The translations under genes and the position numbers were made by a program. A DNA stretch of 61,783 nucleotides, the filler included, from Sphacelaria rigidula (taxonomy: Eukaryota), in NCBI GenBank assembly GCA_964200075.2. It is 4 parts of 4 records of this genome, joined end to end, with 100 filler letters (N's around TTAATTAATTAA, not from the genome) between each part and the next. Parts side by side here need not be neighbours in the genome. Positions count along the whole stretch, not along the records: positions 1 to 15,373 come from CAXNAA020001776.1; 3 more parts are not named here. One strand, given 5' to 3'. Each line of letters opens with the position of its first letter. Position 1 is the stretch's first letter. This document shows, one piece after another, positions 1 to 11,643 of this stretch. The notes beneath the pieces are model-generated. The model worked only from the letters and a program-made list of their open reading frames with translations, did no database searches and was not told the DNA's origin.

Positions 1-30
1 ATTATTATTATGATTATTATGATTATTATT
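1..30. repeat. (ATT)n/(GATTATTAT)n microsatellite at contig start
   Basis: attattattatgattattatgattattatt seen directly. Confidence 0.85.
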
Positions 31-465
31 TCCGCACATTAGTCCAATCTCGCGAACCCGTGGTCACAGACGTAGGTTCGCCTTTCCAATACCGTCCCTG
101 CTATTAATTACAAGACACATTACCAACAACAAAAATAAGAAAAGAGACGCCACGAAAACTGGTGAGAAGTAGCCCCCCCGAGTTCAGCGGGGAGAGGAAA
201 GAAAAAAAAAAAAAAACTCATAATTCTCCACCCGCGATTTTGCGACAGGAGACACTTCGTTGTGAAACCCCATGAAAAATCTGCGAGGCATTTTTCGTCG
301 GTGCAAACGATTGTGTCACGCTGTCCCAAAGTGAGGGTGTGTAATATTATTCTGCAGTCGCGACGAGCAACGACCAACCTTGGGTGGCGAAAATACCGAG
401 CACACCTATTAACAGATTAGCTCCATCGACTACCTCGCTACGCTGCGACACTGTCGTGTCCACAG

Positions 466-676
466 GTCCAACACAAAGATGAGCTGCTGAACATACTTTT
501 GATGCCGTTCCTGGAAAACGCCGATCTTCTTCGGGAAATTTTCTGCTCGCCGTTCACGGAAAGGTCGCGCGGCACAGGGACGGCGACTATCCGCAGTTCG
601 AAGGCTGGTAACCCGTCTTCGAACGACCCCGAAAATGTACCCGGTTCTTCTGGGGGAGGAACCAGCCGAGGCAAAG
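466..676 (+). CDS. Putative internal exon of an unknown gene (VQHKDELLNILLMPFLENADLLREIF...)
   Basis: Acceptor tgtccacag| at 465, in frame with ORF 499..789. Possible donor aaag|gcgagt (GC type) at 677 or g|gtaacc near 607. No family recognised with certainty. Confidence 0.35.
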
Positions 677-1595
677 GCGAGTCATGTATACAGGCTCGTT
701 CCAGGAAGAATTATGAAATTCCTTCCTGGGACCATGAGCAATGGAAAAAAAATAGGAGGGGCGGCGTGAACAAGGGAACGCATCGGTAGAGCTTGTTGTG
801 GCCTGCGAGCCATAGTTCCCGGGATACGTGTATTGTTCATATTACTTGGGAAGGATTTTCGCAAGCGGAGGAACAATTTTCAAATATAGATATATGTGCG
901 TATATTTACTTCCCCCCCCCAAAAAAGCAACGGTTGCGCCGCATGTGTACTGCAGCATTCCTTTATTTTAGATTATAAGTGTCTTCCCTAAAAAACGCTG
1001 ATCCGAAACAAAACGGGGGCTGACATCGAAAAACGTGTAGACCGTCATAATTGGCCATCTTTGCGAGAAATCTTACACTGCACCAACAACAAAAATTCCC
1101 GGTGGTTTTTGAGAGCTATCCATTGAAACTTGGAAGGAAAAAATTACGACCAAAAAAAGACACTGGATCTTTTCCTATTTATTTTATACTTTATTCGAGC
1201 TTGAGGGCCGGCATTGCCGAGGAACAGCGAGAAAAAAAAGAAGATGCCCCCATAGAAATATAATTCATTTTTTTCTATAAGGGCTCGTCAGCGTTCTTTT
1301 TCGTTTTTTCCAGGGGATACCCATACCAAATTCCGACGCCTGACTCTTACAAACATCGGGAAACGTTGTGAAGAAGGAATCTTGTTATTTTTCCTGGAAC
1401 CATTATGTAGCACTTTATTGGAATGAGTATATTGCTACAATCAGTTCATATTGCATTGTTATTCATAGTTTTATCGAGCGTCAACGACACATGGGCGTTC
1501 ACATTCTTCACTCTTCAGCAGGTAACAGCCGATGATTCGATTGTTTCAGCGGAGTGGTTTTATCACTTTGTACAAATAACAAACTATTTGGTAGA

Positions 1596-2237
1596 TTGAG
1601 TTGTCTAGCATTTGATCGAGTGTGAGCTTTTAGCACATTTTCGCTTCACAACGGAGTCAAAATGAGGCCGATTCTATCAACGGACACTTAGCGCCGCATG
1701 GATCCAATTGCAGAATCGGCGTCATTCTCACTTGAACAGTTATCGCGTGACCCAGATCATGAACGTTGCAAAGAGTCATTCGTCGGATATATTCCGAAAA
1801 AAAAAAAAACACGAACATGCCACTCTTCGGAATCGCGCCGGGTCAATCCTCTACACTCGCATCCAACGAACTAATCGGAAGAAAACAATCGCCATGCCAT
1901 TCTGTGCGACGTATAATGGGAATCTGCTCAATGTACAATGACGCATTGGTGAGAGAAACGTTTCGATAATTGATATGCGATTCCCATTAATGCAATGTTC
2001 GTTCAGCAAAATGTATCGTTCGCGACTAGTGCTCGTGTAGCTGACCGTTGAAAAGTCTGAAGTGTTTCGCAACGTCACTATAATATCGACCGATTGGTCA
2101 CTAGGACAGGTAGTCTGTTGAATCGGTATAATTGATACGTGACATTCAGACATGTTAGTGGTTCATCCGTTAATGAAACACACGAAGCAACGTCGCAGTA
2201 TTGAAAGCTCACACTCAATCAAGTGCTAGACACTCAA
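1596..2237. repeat. Degenerate ~35-bp inverted repeat pair (old MITE-like ends)
   Basis: ttgagttgtctagcatttgatcgagtgtgagcttt (1596-1630) is the near reverse complement of aaagctcacactcaatcaagtgctagacactcaa (2204-2237). Confidence 0.55.
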
Positions 2238-2385
2238 GCTGGCGAAGAGGTTTGATACGCGTCCGAATATCGACGTAATGCGCTATGCCACATGAATTCA
2301 ACGGTGTTATGGATGGGCCTGGCTAGGTTCTATAAACATATCTCCGTCGCCCTCGACTGACCTTTGGTGTGGCGCGTATGTCAGT

Positions 2386-2741
2386 GTGTGTTGTCGTCCC
2401 ATCTACTTTGGACGCCGGTCTACACCTTTCGGTATGTGTGGGCGCACCAGCCGGGGTCACGCAAGAGGAAGTACAACACAGGAGTTTTACTTTCTTTTTT
2501 TGTTTGATTTAGTTATCCACCTTCCTTCTGCGGTGCTTCCCGTTCTTTATTATCGCGAGAGGGGTTCAGAAGTCCCTTTCCTTCGTCGACCATTCAGTAG
2601 AATTTTGTGTACCCACGACATGGTCGCTCTCCACTATTGGGCATTGTGTGGGGGAAAATCCCAGATCGCTCCGAGATTCGAACCCACGACTCAACCATTA
2701 GAAGGTTTTGAGGGTACCAACTGAGCCACCGGAGCGACCGG
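2386..2741 (-). mobile_element. tRNA-derived SINE, copy 1
   Basis: Minus-strand head has A box TGGCTCAGTTGG and B box GGTTCGAATC. The 3' end is gggacgacaacacac. tatgtcagt is repeated at 2377-2385 and 2746-2754 (TSD-like). Homologous copies at 29530 and 46417. Confidence 0.85.
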
Positions 2742-3109
2742 TTATTATGTCAGTACGACATGGTTGTGCTCATTTCTCTGGGGCTTGCGGGGAATGTATT
2801 TCGAACGGTTGATGAAGCTGCTGTGTTTCTCACATAACAAAAATGTGGCTACTGAATGGCAAGAGGTGCTTGATTTTAGTCAGAGACCTTTGATATACCG
2901 TCATTTCTAAAAGCTGCCGACGCGTTGGCTTGGAGCTCGTCGGGTTGTTGAGCGCTTGTAAATGTTTTCAGGGGTTGTTGTGAAGCGAGTATCAGTACAG
3001 CGAAAGTGATCTTTCATGAGCTTCAGCGATAGTAAACTTTACAGTACAGTACCGTACCGCACTGCGTCGTACCATGCAAGCGATGCAGTAGAGCCGCCCT
3101 GACTGCATC

Positions 3110-4359
3110 ATGATGACACAACTTCTTCAGAGGCCGACGAACTTATGCGCTAGTTTTGATCTTCGTTACCGGTCACAAATGACTCCACTGAAACCACCGG
3201 CTTTGTTCTTCAAAAATAAATTGTTAGGTGGCGAAGCATTGAAATTCGGGAATGAAAACCGGAACAGGGACAGATATGACCAAGATGTTGAAATTACCAG
3301 AACAAACAGCGATGTGGCTATCATTGGGACCACCGATACGGACCACGTGGGACAGAAGGGGGGTGAGGGGTTGTTGACGCCCATCGGTTCCGACGCACGA
3401 AGCGAAGGTGGAGACAACAATGCTCAATCATGGGGATATCGATCAAACTTGGCTCCCCTAGCGTGTTGGAAAATTGATGCCAGAGCTGCGGCGTGCAATG
3501 ACGAACATGTGGACCTGAGCTTTGACTCGGTGGCATTCGACGTTGTTGTCGACTTTTCTTCTCAGAGACAAGAGCGGTGAGTTCCTGTCGTTTGCTGCTC
3601 GCAGTGAAGAAGGTGTTTCTTGTTGACGGCAAGGGTTTCAGTGCGGCTGTGAAGGAAAGGCTCAGCTACGCTTTGATCGCTTCATTGTTCCAATCTCAAG
3701 ATGATTCCACGTCAACTCAGAGCCCAGTACACACGCCAAAAAATATAGCTCGATATCTCAGGATGCGACAAGATCGGTGATTGACCCGGTGCCGTTGATA
3801 TGCTTGCTACAATCATATACCTTGCCTTGCTACTCGCCCGCACAGCTTCGAAAGCGCAAACACGAATGACGCGAGTCTTCGGGAATCTGCCAATCGCCAC
3901 GCTACACGCGTGTTGGCCACAAATGCCATGCCGTTCCACCTAAAGAATGGATTGCCTGCAGAAGTTACACCGATGCTGTTTGATTCAGTCATCGATGCCT
4001 CTGTCTTGGCCGGGAGAGGAGAAAAATCACACCCCGGTGAGAGCCGATCGGGAGGGAAAGGTGGCGACGAGGGGAGGGACCCGAAGACCAAAAGAGCGAC
4101 AGAAAAGCAGGCCGCAGGGGCGGGCAACCACGCCAGGACGAGGGGAGGAGAGCGCGCAGGGTTGTGGCTGCGCAGGGTGGACCCCCTTGCGGGGGGGGAA
4201 ATCCTTAGCTATGTTCACTGCGCATCCGACGGTTACTCGGTTGAGGTCAGGATAAGAGGGGCACCATTGAAATCTGATGACCTAAACAAAGTTAGGCTGC
4301 CGGCGGATTTGTCGAAGCTTGTAGTGGAAGGGGATAGTAGACGAGAGAAGGCTGTGTGA
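3110..4359 (+). CDS. Two phase-compatible exons (~3110/3154-3576 and 3846-4359) of an unknown protein; weak resemblance to a VPS13 VAB-type repeat
   Basis: Donor CG|gtgagt at 3577 (phase 2) and acceptor cccgcacag|C at 3845 join ORF 3110 to ORF 3910 in frame. PFHLKNGLP resembles P-x-x-L-x-N-x-L-P (inference only). Confidence 0.45.
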
Positions 4360-4636
4360 GCAATCTGCGAGTTTCGGGAAAATTGCGTATGTATGGATAT
4401 GACAATATCCCATGTACTGAAGTATGTATCAACCAGAGGATAGAGTAGCGTGTGTTGAAGGAAAAGCGTGGAGAAAAAAAGAGGAGTGACCGCCACGTTC
4501 TTCCTAAGACTTCAGTACTTGAACATAATACCTGCACCATAATCAAATACATCACCAAGGGGGTACAAACGACCGAGAGATTTCGATTGATCTCCCAGCA
4601 TGCGACTACAACTTGCACAAGTTCGAATCAACTATT

Positions 4637-5827
4637 TTATTCCGCGCCCCGTGGCAAACGTGTTGTCTCTGCGTCCGACCAGAGGGTGGAACTGGTCGTG
4701 TCATGCGTTTCCCCCGCCGTGAGGCTCTCACCCTTTCGTCCCTTTTGCTTTACTGCCGCAGAACTCCCTTCCCAAGACTGTCTGGACAGCGGGCTAGGAA
4801 TGCTCGTAAGCACCGCCTCGGCACCATGAACAATTCTCGCCACTTCATCGTTTTTCTCTTCGCTGCTTCTCCTGTCTATCGTGCGATCATTCCCACCTTG
4901 CTTTGGTACGGCAACGAGTCGCTGGGGGGTGACTCGCCGTTTATCTTGGTTGCAACGGAGCTGATCATTCCTTGGCTGGGAGATTGGAGCGGACGCTGCA
5001 CAGAAGATAACAGGCAATTCCGCTCGTCCGGGTTCACGGTACGGGAGCGCTGGCGAAGAGACCTCCGGAAGCAACTTGAACGCCTCCGCCTGAGGAGTCG
5101 CGCTTCGAGTTCCGTGCTTCATCTTCTCGCTGATCGTCTTCGTTTTCATAAACCATTCTGCACGATGCCTCGTGTGTTTACTCATGCACTGTTGCCCATC
5201 TGGTGTCCCGTCGTGTTGCCCAATTTGCTTCCCCTGATCTGTTTCGTTCGTTCTCCTGCGGCGAATAATACTTGCCGTCGCCCCACCGTGGTCCTGAGCG
5301 CGACCCCAATCACTGTTCCGCCTTCGATTTAGCGTTACAACAACGTCGCCAGTGTCGGTTAGAAGGCGGGCAACATGCTTACCATAGCTCTCTTCTCGCC
5401 GCGTCGGTTCGTCAGCAATACCTGGTCGCTCCGCTCGGGCGAAGGATACAGGGCCGACGGTCTCCGGTCTGAATTTTGGTCGATTTGGCGAGCTCGGCAG
5501 CTTCGACGAAGCACGATGTCCCGACTGCGATCTATAGCCATGACTTGCTGCAGTAGGTTTACTCTGGTGTGGTCTACCACCGCTGCCGCCATTGATGTTA
5601 AATGGGTGGATCATACCGTGAAATTGCGAAGATTCTGGCGGGGCGACCATCACTGTTGATGGCCTATATCCCCAGGCTGGAAGGTTGTTCGATGCGCAGC
5701 GGTTGGTATCGGAGGTGTCGGACGACAAAGTTCGACCGTTTCCGCACAACAGCGAAGCCGTTCGTGGGCGGAGACGCCGCGTCGGCGTGCAGAACATGCT
5801 GGACTTCTGGACCTGCCCGCACACCTC
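4637..5827 (-). CDS. Long terminal exon of a low-complexity hypothetical protein (~396 aa)
   Basis: 1.2-kb stop-free frame beginning at acceptor ccgtaccgtgcag|GAG (phase 0) and ending in TAA. It may be the last exon of the minus-strand gene at 9449-10509. Confidence 0.55.
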   Translation of the reverse strand, partial: EVCGQVQKSSMFCTPTRRLRPRTASLLCGNGRTLSSDTSDTNRCASNNLPAWGYRPSTVMVAPPESSQFHGMIHPFNINGGSGGRPHQSKPTAASHGYRSQSGHRASSKLPSSPNRPKFRPETVGPVSFARAERPGIADEPTRREESYGKHVARLLTDTGDVVVTLNRRRNSDWGRAQDHGGATASIIRRRRTNETDQGKQIGQHDGTPDGQQCMSKHTRHRAEWFMKTKTISEKMKHGTRSATPQAEAFKLLPEVSSPALPYREPGRAELPVIFCAASAPISQPRNDQLRCNQDKRRVTPQRLVAVPKQGGNDRTIDRRSSEEKNDEVARIVHGAEAVLTSIPSPLSRQSWEGSSAAVKQKGRKGESLTAGETHDTTSSTLWSDAETTRLPRGAE

Positions 5828-6286
5828 CTGCACGGTACGGGAGGCAGCGCCAGTCGGAACAGGAGGTCATTTCGTATGGGGCTTTCATTCGACTCCTGAT
5901 GGCACGAATGGTCGGTTTCATGATGAGCGTATTGCAACACAGGTTTGCGACGGTTGTAAAGTTACCGCGCGGAGGTGCTAGGGGGGAAAAGGGGAAGAGC
6001 GAAATCAATCATTCGGCTTTTCTTCTGTTAACCCCCGTTGCCAACCATGCGGCAAGTGCTTGCCGCGACAAGCATTCGAAAACCATTATATGCACCATGG
6101 AATGGTGCTTATGGTGCAAGACCTCTCGCTACGGACTGCACGTGGTACGCCCCAGCTTGCGTCGATACGCTCCTGCGCCCAAGACGCTGAGGACGGCCGC
6201 AGCCGACTTTTGTCGTTTCAAAAAAATTGCACACCCTATACAACTACACTAGTTGGTGACTGTGTCTCAAACAGCTATTGATAACT

Positions 6287-6575
6287 GTTCAGAATCGTGT
6301 GCAACTAGTTGTTTCCGAACAACTAATTGTTCAGAATCGTGCGCAACTAGTTGTTTCCAAACAACTAACCGTTCAGAATCGTGTGCAACTGGTTATTTCC
6401 AAACAACTAACCGTTCAGAACCGTGTGCAACTAGTTGTTTCCAAACAACCAAGTGTTCAGAATCGTGTGCAACTAGTTGTTTCCCAACAACGAACTGTTC
6501 AGAATCGTGCGCAACTAGTTGTTTCCTAACAACTATCGGTTTAGAATCGTGTGCAACTAGTTGTTTCCAAACAAT
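6287..6575. repeat. 42-bp tandem array, 7 units, each with palindrome CAACTAGTTG and hairpin TAGTTGTTT-CC-AAACAACTA
   Basis: (c/t)agaa(t/c)cg recurs at 6290, 6332, 6374, 6416, 6458, 6500 and 6542. Confidence 0.95.
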
Positions 6576-7084
6576 TACCAGGTAGTTAGTCGACAAACAA
6601 CTAACTTTAGTTGGCTATAGTTGGAAAAAATGAAAACGCTGTATAGTGGTGTGAACTTGTATCTGTGCAAGACAGGGAATAGGCCAGGCAGATGAGGCCG
6701 ACCTATTTCTGGATAAAGGAAAAGACAGAAGTATGTGATGTGATGCAAAGCAAAGGTATACGTCATTCGGGGCGTGAGCATGACACGTTCAAAGTTTGGG
6801 CTTTACTGCTGTTTCATGTATGCATCACGTCCAACTGGCTTGATCAACCACGGTTCCCCTCGGACATCCAAACACAAACGCGTTTGCTGGCCACCATCTG
6901 CTGGTGGTGCTGGTGTAGGGGCGGGTGGTGGCACAGCTGCCATTTGGTCAGCTTGGTCTCTCGTGTGCGTTTGTGAGTGCGTAGGGTGCTCACATGTTCA
7001 TGCGTCAGCTCGATTTCAGCCAACGGTCTAATTGTAATTGTTCCACGATGTTGACAACTACCCGGGCGACCAAACAACAACCCG

Positions 7085-7332
7085 TTCAAAATCGTGTGAA
7101 ACTAGTTGTTTCCAAACAACTAAGTGTTCAGAATCGTGCGCAAGTAGTTGCTTCCAAACAATTACTGTTCCAAAACCGTGTGCAACTAGTTGTTTCCAAA
7201 CTACTGTTCCAAAATCGTGCGCAACTAGTTTTTTCCAAACTACTCCTCTTTCAGAATCGTGTGGAAATCGTAGTTGTTTCCAAACAAATAATCTCTGAGA
7301 ATCGTGCGCAACTAGTTACTTGGAAACAACTA
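7085..7332. repeat. Second, more diverged array of the same ~42-bp unit (~6 units)
   Basis: Recurring aatcgtgcgcaactagttgtttccaaac variants. Confidence 0.9.
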
Positions 7333-8450
7333 GCCGGTAGTTAATTCACAAACAACTACCCTAGTTCATTGTTAGTCATAGTTGTACAGGGTGTGAAAAG
7401 TTGACAGAAATCACTCTACACTTTGAAGAAGATCTTTTGCCCTCGGCTCAAAACTGCTCCGCGGGAACAAAAATCGGCCCCTGCCGTTCTCAAAAGTAGG
7501 GGTAATGGCATGGAGCACCAAGCAGCTTTTCAAAACTTCATCTACCAGAAAATCTGGCATCAAACCTGGGTGTCTTTGATTAATACACATGAAGGACTAT
7601 ACAGAGTCCAGTATCGTGCTGTTTCAAAACTAGACGAGAAACTAGCGGTCATTCGTTGGTGTCAAAGAGGGGCGTGAGGGACTGCTGAATTTTGCACGGA
7701 TTATTCTTGTCATTAGGTTTGCACAGTAAATAGAGCAAACGCATTACAATAGCAGTCGATGCCACAATGACGTCTGCCCGGATGTCACTACTGCCAATCA
7801 CGGCGGTTGTTAAGCGGCCTTAGGTCTTGTGCCTGCGAGTCAGACAATATGCGTTGCTTCCTGTGAGCACCGTGCCTTGCAGTCAGCACAACAGACGGTA
7901 CACTGAGAACAATCGGTTCAGCATGCAGTCAAAACAATACATTACAGACACACGCCGACGTTTTCGTCGATTTTTCGTGCCATCCTAGGCACAAATATAA
8001 GCCACATGCGACATATCAAGTATCAGCGCGTGTGCCTCATATTGTCAAGAGACTGGGAGATTTCAAACGGACCACTAGCACGAAATTGGGGCATCATACT
8101 TCTTGAACCACAGTGCTAGCCTTGTGAAGATGCCTCCAGGTCTTGGCCACCGATACCGTGTCACTCAAGTACCACTGTGCAACCGTAAGTAGGAGGCATT
8201 GCCTACAGGACCGTGTGGGCGGGCGGACGTTGGGTTCTCGGTGCAAGGACGATAATGGTCTAGCAGCTCATTTCCCCTCCGCTGTTGTGTGCATGCTGTT
8301 TCGGCTCTTCGAAGACCGAATAAGGGGCCTGGGAACTTCAAATATAAATGCATACATACATGACGCCAAATATATACATATTTATATATCCAAGAGCACG
8401 AGTAGGGTAGAGTACGAGTACGAGTACGAGCACGTGTAATTTGAGGAGTG

Positions 8451-8735
8451 GATACTCCGGGTAATCTGGAATACTCAGATCACCCGGCAGTCGATACTCC
8501 AGGTGCTCTAGAATACTCGTTATTTTCAGTAGTCGTTTCTCCGCGTACTCTAGAATACTCGATATTTGGCAACCGATACCCCGGAATTTCCGGAATACTC
8601 AGTATTTGAGACCGCCGATACTCGAGGTACTCTGAATACCCAGTTTGTCAGCAATTAAATCTCTAGGTACCACTCTGGAATAGTCGAAGTTTTCGCCAGG
8701 CAATACTCGAGGTACTCTGGAGTACTGAGTACTGA
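8451..8735. repeat. Degenerate ~42-bp tandem repeat with core GATACTCnAGGTACTCTGGAATACTC
   Basis: Unit starts at 8451, 8493, 8535, 8575 and 8617, with further decayed units. A short (GAGTAC)n run precedes it. Confidence 0.75.
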
Positions 8736-9448
8736 AAAATACGCTGTAAATCCAGAGTACTTGAAGTATTGGACCTTTTCTCACGCATCTCAAATACGAA
8801 AAAGTATATTTTTGGCCATGTGAAAATTACACTTTCCCCCATCCACACATATTACCCAGTTACCTCCGCACCGTACATAAGACCTGGATCTAACGGTAGA
8901 CGATGACCGCGGGAGGAGTGCGTATCAAAACTTTGCGAAACTTGGGCACAGGGATTAGTTGACACAAAAACGTGTGACAAACGTCAGCAAGTAGACGTCA
9001 GCCTAAGGCGATTCATAGAGAATTTTCTTCGGTCACGGCTGGCTGCGTGCCTCGGACAGTCCAATTATGCTGGTCCCCTACCCGAGAAAAAAGGGAAAAG
9101 AACAAGCGAACACGTCCCAAGGTTTAATTTTTCTCGATCATAACTCGAACATGTACCAGGTTCAATGAAAAATGACTGCACGATCATAACTTGAGAACGT
9201 TCCAAGGTTCAATACCGCTGCTCGTAAGACGTTCCCGTACGCATACGTTCTAAACTTTCCAGAATACACGGGAGAAAGGGGGTAGGGTATTCCTCTGCTC
9301 CTTCTTCACGCGTCAGGAGAACGTTCAAACAAAATGAGTCTAGGAAAACCTAGGTTTCAGGGATATATATGACCGGGAAGCCCTTGCGAACTGGAGCCAT
9401 TGTACGGGAAGCCTTACAGAGACAAGCCGCGAACAAATCAAGACATAC

Positions 9449-10509
9449 CTTCACTTCCCAGGGATCGTTTAAGTGATACGTTGCAGGACCCGGGCCTGCA
9501 TTTATCGACTCCCGGGGTAGTCTCGACCTAGTCGGCTGTCGGGGCTCCCTCCCGCTCTGCATCGAGTAGCTGGATTGCCACCTCGACTGCTGGACTCTAC
9601 CCGTCAAGGATACTTTAGGTCCTGCCTCCGTCATATACCATGTGTCGCCCACCGCGTGCGATGGTTTGTAGGATGGGTCGTGCGTGAAAGCAGTCTCGCC
9701 TACCGTGAAGATTCCGGAATGTGACAGGTTCTGCGGTTCAGACGGCAGTTTTCAGAATCTGCTCTCAAGTGTCATGGGGTGCACGTACAACAATATGCCA
9801 ACGAAGAGTATCGAAGTTAATGCGTTTGTTTCTCCTACATTTCGAAGGGTTTCATAAGCCTGCTGCTTGAGGGTTTGAGCCGAGTTACCCTGGCACGCGC
9901 TTTGAAGCACATGAAATGGTGCACAGGGCAAGGATATATTCCCTCACTCTTGCGCGAAATAGCCCTGATCCCATTCTCACCCTCACGAAATCGTGGAACC
10001 CTAGCCCAAGTTCTGCCCGCCCGACGCCAGTGTCGGTACGCTTCTTGTTTGTCATGGTCGGCTCCACTATCGCGAACGTTCGCATATCTCAGCTGAGGCA
10101 CACACTTAGGGTCTCGTACGAACGTTTTTCGGAACGGCTCGTACTGCGACATCGGAGGCTCCCCCTGCGTTGTCAGATTCACGTTACGTTGTGGAACGAT
10201 GGCACCGTATTTCTAATTGGTAAAGCTATGTCCACGCAGGACAATAAAGGGTGGCACGTCCATTGGCCGAAACGCCTTGCAAACAATACAATCGACTGTC
10301 GAGATACCGAACAAGGAGCAAGATATTTCTTAATTATCAGAGGACATAGATATTCTCACCTTCGCAGCGTTCACGGGGTGACGAGGATATGCAGTCGACG
10401 TTCCGGATATTCCCCTCCAATTTGGATCATCTGGAGAAGTCGCATGCGACGCCTGCTCCCGTATGAGATCAACGAAGACGGCCCCCGCGGCCGTTTCAAT
10501 ACCGTTCAT
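9449..10509 (-). CDS. Three exons (10509-10360, 10164-9981, 9699-9449) of a protein with a sperm-tail PG-rich (SHIPPO/ODF3/STPG)-like motif; 3' part unresolved
   Basis: Canonical donors (gtgaga, gtgaga, gtatgt) and acceptors with matching phases 0 and 1. GCCATG start context. Motif GPGPATYH near the end. Confidence 0.7.
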
Positions 10510-10681
10510 GGCCTACAGTACCGACCAGAAGGAGCAGCGCACAGTTCATCCACGGAGGTTTCATGTTTAACGCTTCGACCAATCAACTCTGGATCACCTG
10601 TTGGGGGATGCTGCTCAGTATAATGGGCGAAACGCGTTAGAGGGGTCTGAGACGATTTGGCCTTCAATCTACGGGAACCGC

Positions 10682-10995
10682 AGGTAGGGTACCGCACCGA
10701 GCGTACCCCCGGTATTTACCGGGGTATGCCATACCGTGGTATGCGTGGGTATCGTAGGTATGAGTCCTGAAAATATCTGATTGGGCGGGTACGGTAGGTA
10801 TTGAAAGTTCGAAATACCGTGGTCTCGTAGGTATCGTAGGTATGACATTTGAAAATACACGACTGGGTAGGTACGGTAGGTACGGGTATCTCGAAATACC
10901 GTGGTATCGTAGGTATGACATTTGAAAATACCCGATTGGGTCAGTATCGGTAGGGTATGAGATGTCCCAAATACCAGTACCGGGTACTCGCCTTA
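10682..10995. mobile_element. MITE-like element with internal GGTATCGTAGGTAT repeats, copy 1
   Basis: Repeated ggtacggtaggtattgaaa..tcgaaataccgtggtatcgtaggtat, with imperfect AGGTnGGGTACC-type ends. Homologous to 11425-11643. Confidence 0.7.
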
Positions 10996-11424
10996 CTCTC
11001 TACACCGATTTCAAAACTGCCATCCGGCAGTGCGGAGAAGCGTTTCAGATGCCGGTGCAACGTTATTTAATTGGTATTTTGGCACCTTGTTGCCTATGTT
11101 GTATGCCTCCTGCGGCGCCTCACTTTTTCTTTTTCTTTTCCTCCTTTTCGTTCATTTTCTCTCTGCTCGTTTGCACGTGGAATGTTTTTGTGTATGATGC
11201 TCATCTTCGACATGAACAATGAAAAACATTATAGCACCGTAACGATGATATAATATCTCAATCCATCTACCACAAACATCAGACTACAAAATGATGAGTT
11301 TATTCGAATTGATCCAAACACGAAAATGAGAGGGAATCTGGGTGTACATGACCTGTGAAAACAAGACGTACCTGCTCCGACAACTTGTGGCCATTGCACA
11401 AGTTGGGATCAGCTGCTGCACCGT

Positions 11425-11643
11425 GGGGAGTGCATCGCGTCCGGTATTTTCCGGATATACCCCCAGTATTTACCGGGGTATCCCACACCGTGGTAAGCGT
11501 GTGTATCGCGGGTATGAGTTTTGAAAATACCCGGTTGAGCGGATACGGTAGGTATTGAAATCTCGAAATACCGTGGTATCGTAGGTATCGCAGGTATGAT
11601 ATTTGAAAATATTTGATTGAACCGGGACCAGGTACCCACCTTA
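11425..11643. mobile_element. Same MITE-like family, copy 2
   Basis: ccagtatttaccggggtat...gaaataccgtggtatcgtaggtat...ggtacccacctta aligns with 10700-10995. Confidence 0.7.

Larger units (their letters stand above)
6230..7395. mobile_element. Non-autonomous DNA transposon-like element with CACACC...GGTGTG termini carrying two 42-bp minisatellite arrays
   Basis: TIR cacaccctatacaacta (6230-6246) vs tagttgtacagggtgtg (7379-7395), 1 mismatch. Flanks AAAAATTG / AAAAGTTG (8 bp, 1 mismatch). Confidence 0.65.

Noticed and set aside
2660..2741. Functional tRNA gene
   Set aside because: No clean cloverleaf, and it is always attached to the same ~280-bp body and tail, i.e. a SINE head
6253..6585. Cys-rich (SESCATSCFQTTNC)n metallothionein/antifreeze-like ORF
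   Set aside because: By-product of a 42-bp unit; several frames and both strands are open, and there are no splice signals
6287..7332. CRISPR-like palindromic repeat array
   Set aside because: Units are contiguous with no unique spacers, there are no cas genes, the context is eukaryotic, and the arrays are bounded by TIRs
8451..8735. Second CRISPR-like array
   Set aside because: Cores are degenerate, linkers are too short (~15 bp) and partly related, and there is no leader or cas gene
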